DNA of 61,321 nt, counting the filler, from Candidatus Babelota bacterium (GTDB lineage: Bacteria > JAGOBX01): assembly GCA_017999075.1 (NCBI GenBank). It is 6 parts of 6 records of this genome, joined end to end, with 100 filler letters (N's around TTAATTAATTAA, not from the genome) between each part and the next. Parts side by side here need not be neighbours in the genome. Positions count along the whole stretch, not along the records: positions 51,293 to 61,321 come from JAGOBX010000091.1; 5 more parts are not named here. One strand, given 5' to 3'. Made by a program: the position numbers and the translations under genes. The notes under the pieces were generated by a model. It was not told the origin of the DNA and did not search any database. It saw only the letters and a list, made by a program, of their open reading frames with translations. Every line of letters starts with the position of its first letter. The stretch's first letter is position 1. Positions 51,872-61,321 of the stretch are shown piece after piece.

Positions 51872-52771
51872 TCAAATATTTTTTTTTGAATTCCGTATCA
51901 AATATGCAAGTTCAATTGATTTTCTGCATTCCTCTATCCCAAAACCTTTTCCATTCATAATTTCTTTATAAACAGTTGTATGAAGTTCCGTAAACCCTTC
52001 TGAAAATTCAATTTCTTCTCCATCAATTTTTAATGAACGAAAAGTAGGTTTTCCGCAATTTTCAGGCAGGTCATTTTTATCTATTGATAAACACCATTTA
52101 ACATTAGCATTTTCAAGTTCAATATATCCTTCTGATTTTTTTTCATCCGAGTAACATACCTCCTGTTTTTTTACATCACCGAAAATCCAGATAAGAATAT
52201 CAAAAAAATGTATGCCTATATTGGTTGTCAATCCTCCTGATTTTTCAAGATTTCCTTTCCATGAAAATTGATACCATTTTCCCCGCGAAGTAATATATTT
52301 CAAGTTTATATCATATTTATTTTTTTTATTAGATGTTTCGATTTTTTTCTTTAATTCTATCAGTGCCGGATGACATCTTAATTGTAAAATACAATAAATT
52401 TTTTTACCGGTCTGTTTTTCTATCTGCTGAAGCGCGTCTAAATTCCATGGGTTTAATACCAAAGGTTTTTCACATATCGCATCTGCTCCTATGCGCAAAG
52501 CAAATCTTATATGGGCATCATGAAGATAATTCGGCGAACATATTGTTACATAATCTATTTTATTTCCTGCAAGCAGAAGTTTTTCTATATGCCGGTCAAA
52601 TCTCTCGAATTCGGTAAAAAAATCAACATCATAAAAATATTTATCCAGAATACCTACAGAATCATTTTTATCAAGAGCTGCTATTAAATTGTTTCCTGTA
52701 TCTTTAATCGCCTGCAAATGACGGGGAGCAATATATCCGCCTACTCCTATTATCGCAAAATTTTTTTTCAT
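51872..52771 (-). CDS. wbpB: Gfo/Idh/MocA oxidoreductase, WbpB/WlbA-like (UDP-GlcNAcA 3-dehydrogenase)
   Basis: GVGGYIAPRHL, DSVGILD, ICSPNYLHDAH, CEKPLV, SWKG...SGG...NIGIHFFD; AGGGGA RBS before ATG 52771. Confidence 0.85.
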   Translation of the reverse strand: MKKNFAIIGVGGYIAPRHLQAIKDTGNNLIAALDKNDSVGILDKYFYDVDFFTEFERFDRHIEKLLLAGNKIDYVTICSPNYLHDAHIRFALRIGADAICEKPLVLNPWNLDALQQIEKQTGKKIYCILQLRCHPALIELKKKIETSNKKNKYDINLKYITSRGKWYQFSWKGNLEKSGGLTTNIGIHFFDILIWIFGDVKKQEVCYSDEKKSEGYIELENANVKWCLSIDKNDLPENCGKPTFRSLKIDGEEIEFSEGFTELHTTVYKEIMNGKGFGIEECRKSIELAYLIRNSKKNI

Positions 52772-52831
52772 ATATCCCCTTCTTGTAAAAAATTTTCCGA
52801 ACAAAAAATATATAATAAAAATTAATTATCT

Positions 52832-53413
52832 TTACAGAATCTCCTGAAGCAAACCATCTAACATAAAATATTTTTTTGAACAAATTTTACATTCGAATTC
52901 GGATTCATTTTTTTTAATTAATTTTTCTCCGCACCTGCAAATCCAACTTCTTTGTTTTGCAGGGTTCCCATAAACCATACCAAAATCAGGTATATCTTTA
53001 GTTACAACGCTGCCAGCTCCTACGAACGCATATTTCCCTATTGTGATTCCGCACACTATTGTCGCATTAGCTCCTATTGAAGCTCCTTTTTTAACAAGGG
53101 TTTTCCTGTACGCGGACATATCATTTCTGATAATTTCACAGCGCGGGTTAAAAACATTTGTGAATACCATACTTGGACCGCAGAAAACATTATCTTCCAG
53201 AATAACTCCGTCATAAACCGAAACATTATTCTGAATTTTAACATTATTCCCTATTTGAACTTTCCCGCCGATATAAACATTTTGGCCGAATTTACAGTCT
53301 TCGCCAATTACAGCACCTGAACAAATATGGCTGAAATGCCATATTTTAGTGTTTTTCCCTATAACAGCTCCATTGTCAATAATACTTGTATGATGTGAAA
53401 AATATTCATTCAT
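52832..53413 (-). CDS. wbpD: Hexapeptide N-acetyltransferase, WbpD/WlbB-like
   Basis: TKIWHFSHI, GQNV, KIQNNVSVY, FCGPSMVFTNV.NPR, GNPA...W.CRCG. Confidence 0.85.
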   Translation of the reverse strand: MNEYFSHHTSIIDNGAVIGKNTKIWHFSHICSGAVIGEDCKFGQNVYIGGKVQIGNNVKIQNNVSVYDGVILEDNVFCGPSMVFTNVFNPRCEIIRNDMSAYRKTLVKKGASIGANATIVCGITIGKYAFVGAGSVVTKDIPDFGMVYGNPAKQRSWICRCGEKLIKKNESEFECKICSKKYFMLDGLLQEIL

Positions 53414-53443
53414 TTTATATATCTCCTGTATTGTTCTTTTATA

Positions 53444-55321
53444 CTACATCCTCGCAAAATTTTTTTCTTTCCATAAATGAAAAACTATCAGAGTCCATAA
53501 TTCTTTATAATTATTTTCCTTATTGGATTGATGTTCAAAAATCAGTTTCCGGACATATTCATAATTAAATATTCCGTCACGTGAAATTTTATTTTCGGAT
53601 AAAACATCCTGCATCAAACCGTTCATATCATTTTTTAACCATCTGGCAAGAGGTATTCCGAACCCTTTTTTTTGTCTGTTCAAAATTATATCAGGAATTT
53701 TATTTTTCATAATTTTTTTTAAAATAAGTTTTCTATTATTGCCGTAAATTTTAAATCTGTCAGGCAATCCATTTACAAATTCAGCAAATTCAAAATCTAA
53801 AAAAGGCGCCCTGGTTTCAAGAGAATTCATCATACTCGCCCTGTCTATTTTAGTTAATATATCATTCTGTAAATATAATTTCTGATAACATAACCCTGCT
53901 TTTTTTATTGCATTCAATCCTGAAAATTTTAAATTTTCTATTGGAGAATACAACCTTTCCAGCCCGGCACTATTTTCTGAACTCAATAATTCCATCTGAG
54001 TATTTTTTGAAAAAGAACTCATCCAGACTTCATTACGAATTTCAGAAGAATATGCCAGCCCTTTCAAAGTCTTTTTAATTTTAAAATCCAAACTCATATT
54101 TTCATCAGATACAGGCAAAAATGTTTTTATCATTTTAATTATACGTTTTATAATCCATTCAGGAATTCTGAATTCACGAAAAAAATAATGCGCTGAAAAC
54201 GGATCGTATCCTGCAAACAATTCATCTCCACCATCTCCGCTTAAAGCCACAGTAACAAATTTTCTTGTAAATTTGGATAGTAAATAAGTAGGAATTATGG
54301 ACGGATCTGCAATAGGTTCATCAAGTTTATTAAAAATATCAGGAATTATATCAAACATAACTTTGGGGTTCAATAATTCCTCATTGTGTTCTGTTCCGAA
54401 ATGTTTTGCAATAACTGAAGCATATCCGCTTTCATCAAAACTTTTTTCTTCAAATCCTATTGAAAAAGTCTTAATATTTTTCGGAGACATAAACTCACTC
54501 ATAATAGCTACAACAGAACTTGAATCAATTCCTCCGCTTAAAAAAACGCCAAGCGGCACATCACTTACAAGCCGTGATTCAACAGATTTTTTTAAAAGAT
54601 TAAATAATTCCTTTTCTGTTTCAATGTCATTTTTTTGATTTTCAAATCTGGAATTTGTTTCTAATGCCACATCCCAGTATTGATTAATTTTTATGTTACC
54701 TTTTTCATAAATCAAATAATATCCTGCCGGCAACTTATAAATATCTTCTATAATGCTTAATGGAGCTGGTATATATTCAAAAAATAAATATTTCTGAAGA
54801 CCTTCAAGACTGATTTTTCTGTCTATTAAAGGATGACTGATTAAAGCTGTTAGTTCAGAAGCAAATGCAAACAATCCGTTTTTATTATAATAATATAATG
54901 GTTTTTTCCCAAACCTGTCTCTGCCTGCAAAAACATTTTTATTTTTAATGTCAAATATTACAAATGCAAACATGCCGTTAAATTTCTTTAAACAATCGTA
55001 TCCCCATTTTTTATATGAGTAAAGCAGAACTTCCGTATCTGAACTTGTTTTAAATTTGTAACCGAAACCTGTCAATTCTTTTTTCAATTCTCTGTAATTA
55101 TATATTTCACCGTTAAATGTGACTGCATATTCTCCAGTCTCATCAAACATAGGCTGCTGGCCCGAATACAAATCAATTATTTTAAGGCGGCGGTGACCTA
55201 TACCTATTCCCTCAGAATAATAATATCCTGATTCGTCAGGTCCGCGATGTATCATTGAATCAGTCATTCTTACAATTATTTCTTTATTGCCAGAACCTAT
55301 AAATCCGCAAATTCCACACAT
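53444..55321 (-). CDS. asnB: Asparagine synthase (glutamine-hydrolysing) family amidotransferase, likely glycan-modifying
   Basis: MCGICG, HRGPD, HRRLKIID, FNGEIYNY, LSGGIDSS, SGDGGDE, DRASM, KKGF. Confidence 0.9.
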   Translation of the reverse strand: MCGICGFIGSGNKEIIVRMTDSMIHRGPDESGYYYSEGIGIGHRRLKIIDLYSGQQPMFDETGEYAVTFNGEIYNYRELKKELTGFGYKFKTSSDTEVLLYSYKKWGYDCLKKFNGMFAFVIFDIKNKNVFAGRDRFGKKPLYYYNKNGLFAFASELTALISHPLIDRKISLEGLQKYLFFEYIPAPLSIIEDIYKLPAGYYLIYEKGNIKINQYWDVALETNSRFENQKNDIETEKELFNLLKKSVESRLVSDVPLGVFLSGGIDSSSVVAIMSEFMSPKNIKTFSIGFEEKSFDESGYASVIAKHFGTEHNEELLNPKVMFDIIPDIFNKLDEPIADPSIIPTYLLSKFTRKFVTVALSGDGGDELFAGYDPFSAHYFFREFRIPEWIIKRIIKMIKTFLPVSDENMSLDFKIKKTLKGLAYSSEIRNEVWMSSFSKNTQMELLSSENSAGLERLYSPIENLKFSGLNAIKKAGLCYQKLYLQNDILTKIDRASMMNSLETRAPFLDFEFAEFVNGLPDRFKIYGNNRKLILKKIMKNKIPDIILNRQKKGFGIPLARWLKNDMNGLMQDVLSENKISRDGIFNYEYVRKLIFEHQSNKENNYKELWTLIVFHLWKEKNFARM

Positions 55322-55355
55322 AATTCAAATCCTGATATTCACCGGTTAAACATTA

Positions 55356-56078
55356 TCAAACATCAGCAAATATTACTATTTTTTTATTATTAGTTTCAAT
55401 ATTTTTAATTTGTTCATAAATTTCATACCTGTGAATTAATGAAGTAATTATCACAATGTCAAACCTTATTTTTTCCAAACTATCTGCCGGATAAAATTTA
55501 ATACTTTTATTTTTTGTTTTTAATATTTTATTTTTATCTGCATCAACTATACCTCTGATATTTAACCCTGTTTCTATTTGTAAAATTAATTCTGTTATTT
55601 CATTGGCGCCGTAAAGAATTATCCTTTTGTTGCTGCAATATCCGGCGATTTTATTAAGTTTAATTTGAATTTCATTTTTAATTTCTTTATAAAGAACAAG
55701 AATTTCATTTATAAAATCAAACAGATATTTTTTGCGGAGGCGTTCTCCTTCTTCAGTTAAATAATATCTCGTTTTTTTATGATTATCTCCTGCAACCATA
55801 ATTTTTTTTGATTTCCTGAATTCTGTTATATATCTGTTCACCATAGCAGGAACTATCTTAGAACGTTTTGCAAGTTCAGACTGACTTGTCTTACTATTTT
55901 TAGAAATATGTTCAAGAATCAGATATTTCCTGAATTCAGAAGACGGCTCCAAAAACTTTATATTTTCTATTTTATTTATCAACGGCATTTCTAAATTTTT
56001 AGCAGCATCCACTGTTTCAAAACTTATGAATTTGTTTAATGAACCTATCAAATAATCATTTAATAACATATTAATCAA
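55356..56078 (-). CDS. Winged-helix (MarR-like, polysaccharide-cluster-associated) regulator with C-terminal Rossmann-like domain
   Basis: SQSELAK...VNRYI...YYLTEEG; IILYGA...GIVD...FDIVIITS; start uncertain. Confidence 0.75.
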   Translation of the reverse strand: MINMLLNDYLIGSLNKFISFETVDAAKNLEMPLINKIENIKFLEPSSEFRKYLILEHISKNSKTSQSELAKRSKIVPAMVNRYITEFRKSKKIMVAGDNHKKTRYYLTEEGERLRKKYLFDFINEILVLYKEIKNEIQIKLNKIAGYCSNKRIILYGANEITELILQIETGLNIRGIVDADKNKILKTKNKSIKFYPADSLEKIRFDIVIITSLIHRYEIYEQIKNIETNNKKIVIFADV

Positions 56079-56293
56079 AAATTAAAATAATGGGCAGTTT
56101 TATATTTAATACAAAAATACAGCCTTAAAAATCATCAGAATAGTTCGACTGTAAAAAAATGAATCTGCCTTTTTCAAAGACAAACAACATTTTAAAAAAA
56201 TAATAATATAACTAAACAAATTGATAAAACGCCGAAACAGAATTATCATTCACTTAGTAAACGATAACTATTTTATTAAAATTTTCTCAAATG

Positions 56294-57940
56294 TCAAATT
56301 ATTTTTTTTAATTTCAAAACAAAATCAAATAAGCTGTTAAGCGGACAAATATAACGGCAATAAAACCTGTAATCTATCATTGAATAAACTAACATAATAA
56401 TGGCAAGCAAAAAAAACTTTTCATCATACATTAAAGAAAACAAATAATTAAACGGTTCAATATTTAAATTTATTTTATTCGGCAGAAAATATATTAAAAA
56501 TATCAATAAAATAAAAAATTTTGCATATTTTAAACATTTAATATCGGAAACATAAACCGGAATTTTCATACGTTCAAGGCATTGATGTCCTGCATCGCAT
56601 GAGCCTCCAAAGGGACATAGGTATGCACAATAAATTTTTCCTTTAATCATAAGAAATGTAAATGCAAGAAGCATCAATATAAGTTCCGGAGTCAACCCGT
56701 AAAATTTTATACCTCCTGAAAATATAACTGTTATATCATTTATTGATAAAAATATTCCTGATACAAATCCGAATAATATTATTGAATAAATAATTGTAAA
56801 ATATCTTAAATATATGCTTTTAAAATAAATTGAACAACCGGTTAAAATAATAGCTGTAATTAATATAATGTATTCATAAAATTTATTTGAATGTGATTCT
56901 GATTGATTAAATTTACTGATTTTTAAATACTTTTTTAATGTATAATTTATTCCTTCATTAACAGCATTTGCTGTTACAGTTGCTCCGGTATATCCGTCAA
57001 TATTTTTTTTAAATTCAAAAGTTTCAGTTATTTTACGATTAGCATATTGTTTAAAAAAATTATTTTTATATAATATTTTTATATAATCCTGAGTTTCGTT
57101 ATTTTCAAGCAGTTCCAAAAATTCAATTTTACCTTTACTGTCAAAAAAAATCATTACAGGAACTTTTCCGTTATATCCGCGGATATTTTCCGGAACAAAA
57201 TCATCCGTGAACAGAACAGTTCCTATTAGCGAATTATCTTTACGGCAGATATAATAAGACTTATTTTCCAATTTGATATTATATTCATCTTTAAAAATAT
57301 TTTTCAAAATCTCTAATCTGCCGGCATTCGACGAATCAGCAGGAAAACTATTGTAAATCCCATAAAAAATAAATGTTACTGCAGAAAAATATAACGCAAA
57401 AACAGATATTTTTTTTATAATATGCTTATGTGAATAAAATCCAGGTATAAAAGCAGGCAATAAAATCAGCGATGAAGCAATATAAAATCCTGAAAATAAA
57501 ACAAGGCTGTTAAAAATTCCAGAGTAAATTACAGAAACAGAAAATGCAGTTAAAAAAGGAGCGCACGGCTGAATGCCGCTTAATATCCCGAAAAAAAATG
57601 CATTTATGGATTTAGGAAAACTGTTAGATTCCAAACGGCTGCGGTTTGCAACAAAAAAAAGATACATGCCTGAAATTATAAAAATAATTCTCTTATAATT
57701 CTGCACGTAAGATGAAATTTCATTTCCTATATAACCGGCAGAAAATCCTGCTATCAAATATATTATTGCGCGGCCTGACAAAAATAATATTATTTGACGT
57801 ATAATGTTTGAATGTTTCCGCGCCCCTAAATACCCTGCAACACATATTCCGCAGCTTGACAGGCAATATATGCCCATTGATAGTCCGAGCATAAATCCTG
57901 CATTAAACTGTTTTATTAAAATTTCAAAATTGAAAATCAT
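56294..57940 (-). CDS. Fusion of DsbD/TauE-like membrane domain, FMN-binding (flavinylation) domain and NapH/NosR-like membrane domain
   Basis: YCLSSCG and GIQPCAP; GYNGKV...ENNET...IDGYTGATVT; YCAYLCPFG and YCRYICPL. Confidence 0.78.
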   Translation of the reverse strand: MIFNFEILIKQFNAGFMLGLSMGIYCLSSCGICVAGYLGARKHSNIIRQIILFLSGRAIIYLIAGFSAGYIGNEISSYVQNYKRIIFIISGMYLFFVANRSRLESNSFPKSINAFFFGILSGIQPCAPFLTAFSVSVIYSGIFNSLVLFSGFYIASSLILLPAFIPGFYSHKHIIKKISVFALYFSAVTFIFYGIYNSFPADSSNAGRLEILKNIFKDEYNIKLENKSYYICRKDNSLIGTVLFTDDFVPENIRGYNGKVPVMIFFDSKGKIEFLELLENNETQDYIKILYKNNFFKQYANRKITETFEFKKNIDGYTGATVTANAVNEGINYTLKKYLKISKFNQSESHSNKFYEYIILITAIILTGCSIYFKSIYLRYFTIIYSIILFGFVSGIFLSINDITVIFSGGIKFYGLTPELILMLLAFTFLMIKGKIYCAYLCPFGGSCDAGHQCLERMKIPVYVSDIKCLKYAKFFILLIFLIYFLPNKINLNIEPFNYLFSLMYDEKFFLLAIIMLVYSMIDYRFYCRYICPLNSLFDFVLKLKKII

Positions 57941-60552
57941 TTCATTTTTCTAAAACACATTCCCGGTTTAATTGAAGAATTTAAATTTAATATATTGGCA
58001 GTTGAAGCAGTTCTTGAAGTTTGAAATAATTCAAAATCAAGTCCGCTGAATTTATCATTAGGTTCAATAACTATTTTTTTTCTATCGGTTAATAAAGGAT
58101 AATAACCTATATATTCTCCAGCCGCATCTCCTAAAATATTATTACTGTTTTTATCTGTTCCGGCAACAAGATAATATCTGCCTGCAGGAATATTGGATAT
58201 TGAATATTCAAAATTTTTAAAATAATCCGTTGAGGTTTCTTTCACAGTTTGAAAATTATTGTCAGGATCCATAAGCAGAACATATACTTCGTCCGTCAGA
58301 ATTCTGTTCAACTGATCTGTATGAACAATTACAGTTATTGAATCGTCGCCGCTGTTTGAAGATATAACCGCAAACATTATATAAGAATCAACAGCAGAAG
58401 AAAAATTATTTTTATCTACACTGATTTTTATCTCAATAGGCAATGTCTGCTTAGTTACAGCAGCGGAACATTTAGAATCTGATACTGTTATATTTGTTAT
58501 TGTCAAAGTATCAACGCCAGCATTATATATTTTAATTACCGCAGAATCTTCCGGAAGATATAAGTCAATTTTACTGCTTGATAAAATCATTTTGGCAGCT
58601 GAAGAATTAATCGAATTCGAAGCTGAAACCAGACACTTATAAGAATCCGCAAGACCATAACCATAATAATTGTCTTTACCTGAATCTCCCAAATCCAGAG
58701 CATTTGAATATAATATATTTTTCAATTCTGCCGAAGATATTCCTGGTTTAACAGAAAGTATCAATCCGCATATTCCAGATATATGAGCCGCAGCCTGCGA
58801 AGTTCCCTGATAAACCTGATAATCAGGAGAATTAGAGGGTTCGTTCCAAAACGCGCTTATAATACCATCGGGATAATTATCTTTGTTCAAATCAACAGTC
58901 ATATCTCCGCCAGGAGCGCAAATATCAATATAACTTCCATAATTTGAATAAAACGTTTTTTTATTATCATAATCAACTGCTGCTACAGAAATAACCTGCT
59001 GGTATCCCGCAGGATAAAAATTTAACTGACTGTTTTCATTTCCTCCAGCGCATACTACAGTAATATTCATATCATCAATAGTATCAAGCAATTCTTCAAA
59101 CGCCCTCGAATAAAATTCGCTGCCGAAACTCATATTAATAATTTTAGCCGCTATGACAGGTTTTATTCCTGAAGAATTATCAAGTCCTGCGGCAAACTTT
59201 ACAGATTCCATAACATCAGATGTCAAACCTCCATATCTGCCAAGAGCGCGAATCGGCATTATTTTACAATTATAACTTATTCCTGAAATCCCTTCTGAAT
59301 TATTTGTGTTCGCTGCAATTATTCCTGCAATGTGAGTTCCGTGATAACTGTTTCCTGAAGATGATATGGCATCTCCGCTGTCGTCAGGATCAGGATCTAT
59401 TCCATCCCCGTCATTTCCTGATTCTGGTTCAGAAATAAAATCATATCCCTGCACTATTTTTCCGGTAAATTCCGGATGATCAAATTTTAATCCAGTATCA
59501 ATAACAGCAATTATAACTGTATCCGATCCTGATGATATGTTCCATGAAGACGGAACATTCAGGTTAAACAAATTCCATTGAAATGGAAAATAAATATCGT
59601 TACGTACAGAACATTTTTTTTGAATATAATCAGGTTCTGCATATTCAATATTTTCAGATTTTTTTAAAGTATCAATTAATTTAAGTGTAAATTTTTCTGA
59701 ATGGGTTATAATTTCTCTGAAATTATTTTCAAAATCTTTTTTTCTAATATATTCTATTGAATAAGATTTAGTTCCGGAAGCACAAGATTGATTCGATGCA
59801 ATTTCAAATTTCCCTGAATAAATATTATTAAATATATGCCGTTCACCAGATGCTGTTATTTTCAAGTCAGCAATATTTTCAACAGAAAGAGGCGTCTTTT
59901 TCGCTAAAGTTAATTTTGGAGATAATTCAATTCTGTTGTTTTTATATTTGCATAAAAATTTTCCTGGTGCAATATTATTATTTTTTAAATTATCCGAATT
60001 ATTAAATTGTATCGAACCTGGCGAATAATTCAAACAAGGGGTTAATTTGCCGGATATGCTGCCGTAACCTGAAGTAGAAATTGTTATTTCAAAATCATAA
60101 TTTCCTGTCTCAGAATATGAATAAATTTTTACAGCAAATTCTGTATATTCCAAATTTTCAACAAATGTAAATTCTTCAGGTTCTATTGTGGATTCAGCCG
60201 AACCAAGATAAACATATTCTCTATAAACTGTAAAATCAAAATCTCTTTGCGGACTTTGAAAATCATCGTAACTCAATTTTAATGAAATTTTAGATGGTTT
60301 TAATATTTTAAATGTGTATACATCAAAATCATTGACTGTCTCAATATTTCCCGATATTTTTATAATTGAATTAATTCCATAATTTCCGATATTCTGAGAA
60401 AAAAAAAGGTTGTCGTTATATTCACTTTCATTTATTTCGTAAAAAGTATAATCAGGGTTGGTGGAATTAGTCCCGCAGTTTGTAATAAATGAAAATATAA
60501 TTATTATAAAAACAGAAAATATAATTTTTTGAATTTTTATATTTTTATTCAT
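57937..60552 (-). CDS. S8 subtilisin-like serine protease, probable lipoprotein with accessory beta domains
   Basis: ITNC lipobox-like; YAEPDY propeptide end; triad VIDTG, HGTHIAG, GTSQA; AGGNE oxyanion Asn. Confidence 0.92.
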   Translation of the reverse strand: MNKNIKIQKIIFSVFIIIIFSFITNCGTNSTNPDYTFYEINESEYNDNLFFSQNIGNYGINSIIKISGNIETVNDFDVYTFKILKPSKISLKLSYDDFQSPQRDFDFTVYREYVYLGSAESTIEPEEFTFVENLEYTEFAVKIYSYSETGNYDFEITISTSGYGSISGKLTPCLNYSPGSIQFNNSDNLKNNNIAPGKFLCKYKNNRIELSPKLTLAKKTPLSVENIADLKITASGERHIFNNIYSGKFEIASNQSCASGTKSYSIEYIRKKDFENNFREIITHSEKFTLKLIDTLKKSENIEYAEPDYIQKKCSVRNDIYFPFQWNLFNLNVPSSWNISSGSDTVIIAVIDTGLKFDHPEFTGKIVQGYDFISEPESGNDGDGIDPDPDDSGDAISSSGNSYHGTHIAGIIAANTNNSEGISGISYNCKIMPIRALGRYGGLTSDVMESVKFAAGLDNSSGIKPVIAAKIINMSFGSEFYSRAFEELLDTIDDMNITVVCAGGNENSQLNFYPAGYQQVISVAAVDYDNKKTFYSNYGSYIDICAPGGDMTVDLNKDNYPDGIISAFWNEPSNSPDYQVYQGTSQAAAHISGICGLILSVKPGISSAELKNILYSNALDLGDSGKDNYYGYGLADSYKCLVSASNSINSSAAKMILSSSKIDLYLPEDSAVIKIYNAGVDTLTITNITVSDSKCSAAVTKQTLPIEIKISVDKNNFSSAVDSYIMFAVISSNSGDDSITVIVHTDQLNRILTDEVYVLLMDPDNNFQTVKETSTDYFKNFEYSISNIPAGRYYLVAGTDKNSNNILGDAAGEYIGYYPLLTDRKKIVIEPNDKFSGLDFELFQTSRTASTANILNLNSSIKPGMCFRKMK

Positions 60553-60754
60553 CTTTTTCAGAATTATCTGCTTCTTCTTCGCCGCCTCCAGGAACTAACG
60601 CTTTACCAACAGCAGCAGTTCCCTTGACTGCGGTTTTAGTCACCTTATATCCTGTCTTAACAGCCGTATAAGGTAATTTAACAACAGCGCATCCGAAACC
60701 AAATAAAACCAAAAATAAAAATATTATTTTAATTAATAAAAAGTTAGTTTTCAT
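60545..60754 (-). CDS. Small putative lipoprotein
   Basis: FGFGC lipobox, then AVKTGYKVTKTAVK amphipathic segment. Confidence 0.6.
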   Translation of the reverse strand: MKTNFLLIKIIFLFLVLFGFGCAVVKLPYTAVKTGYKVTKTAVKGTAAVGKALVPGGGEEEADNSEKDE

Positions 60755-60758
60755 TTTT

Positions 60759-61321
60759 TTAACTTCTCAATTCTCTAATTGTAAAACACATTTGTTTGAT
60801 TAAAGCAAGTCCTATAGCACTGTTTTTTTCTAACAAATAAAGGAAATCCTTTTTTTGAATTATAAAAAGTTTAGACGGCGAAACAGTAGTTACTGTATAA
60901 GAATGATTCTTGTCGTCAAGAAGAGACAATTCTCCGAAAAATGAATAATTTTTTATTGTTTCAATAAAAATATTTTTAGACTTATTTTCTTTTTTAAGTT
61001 CCCCGTTAACTACTATATACAATGCTTCACCCGGAGTATTTTCTTTACATATTTCAATATTTTCGGGATAATTTTTTTCTTCAAGTAAATTTGCTATACT
61101 TGTCAATTTTTCAGCTTCAAGCCGTGAAAAAATAGGAATTTTTTTCAAAAAAATAATGCGTTCCATTAAAGGCAGAAGGTCTGATTTTTCAGGCATAATA
61201 AAATCCTCCTCAAATAACAATTTTTTCAATGTTTCAATATTTTGCACAGCTATTTTTATATTTTCACACACCAAAAAGTTTTCATTTATAAAGTTTTGAA
61301 GTTTCTGCTCAGAGCGTTCTG
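60759..61321 (-). CDS. C-terminal cyclic-nucleotide-binding domain of a larger protein (5' part outside the window)
   Basis: Frame open to the window edge; ERIIFLKKIPIFS, GEALYIVVNG, FFGELSLLD. Confidence 0.82.
   Translation of the reverse strand, partial: ERSEQKLQNFINENFLVCENIKIAVQNIETLKKLLFEEDFIMPEKSDLLPLMERIIFLKKIPIFSRLEAEKLTSIANLLEEKNYPENIEICKENTPGEALYIVVNGELKKENKSKNIFIETIKNYSFFGELSLLDDKNHSYTVTTVSPSKLFIIQKKDFLYLLEKNSAIGLALIKQMCFTIRELRS

Overview
This AT-rich bacterial window is not one locus. It joins six ~10 kb contigs (1-10232, 10333-20557, 20658-30783, 30884-40993, 41094-51192, 51293-61321) in decreasing length order, using five artificial 100-nt linkers (N44-TTAATTAATTAA-N44). That layout looks like a draft or metagenome-assembled genome, so adjacency across linkers is meaningless. 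The organism appears diderm (lpxK, kdsC, TonB) and carries flagellar and chemosensory genes. Housekeeping genes include thiC, recX, metG, hisD, rlmN, atpI/atpB, pyk and murI. The most striking feature is an 1813-aa protein with divergent flagellin-like termini around a ~1,530-aa insert. The insert holds about ten ~70-aa beta-rich repeats, several of which appear nested inside one another. The gene has a sigma70-type promoter and a hag-like leader with two GGA sites. Other notable items: a coupled chemosensory cassette (MCP with a remodelled hairpin tip, CheA lacking an HPt domain, degenerate MCP-like protein); a fused PreT-PreA dihydropyrimidine dehydrogenase-like enzyme; a tandem RecB/Cas4-like nuclease with one apparently dead domain; a probably inactive rhomboid; an orphan FliN with a CheY-binding-type N-terminal peptide; a DsbD-like/FMN/NapH-like fusion; and a glycan cluster linked to cysD. 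All calls come from reading motifs by eye; no database search was run.
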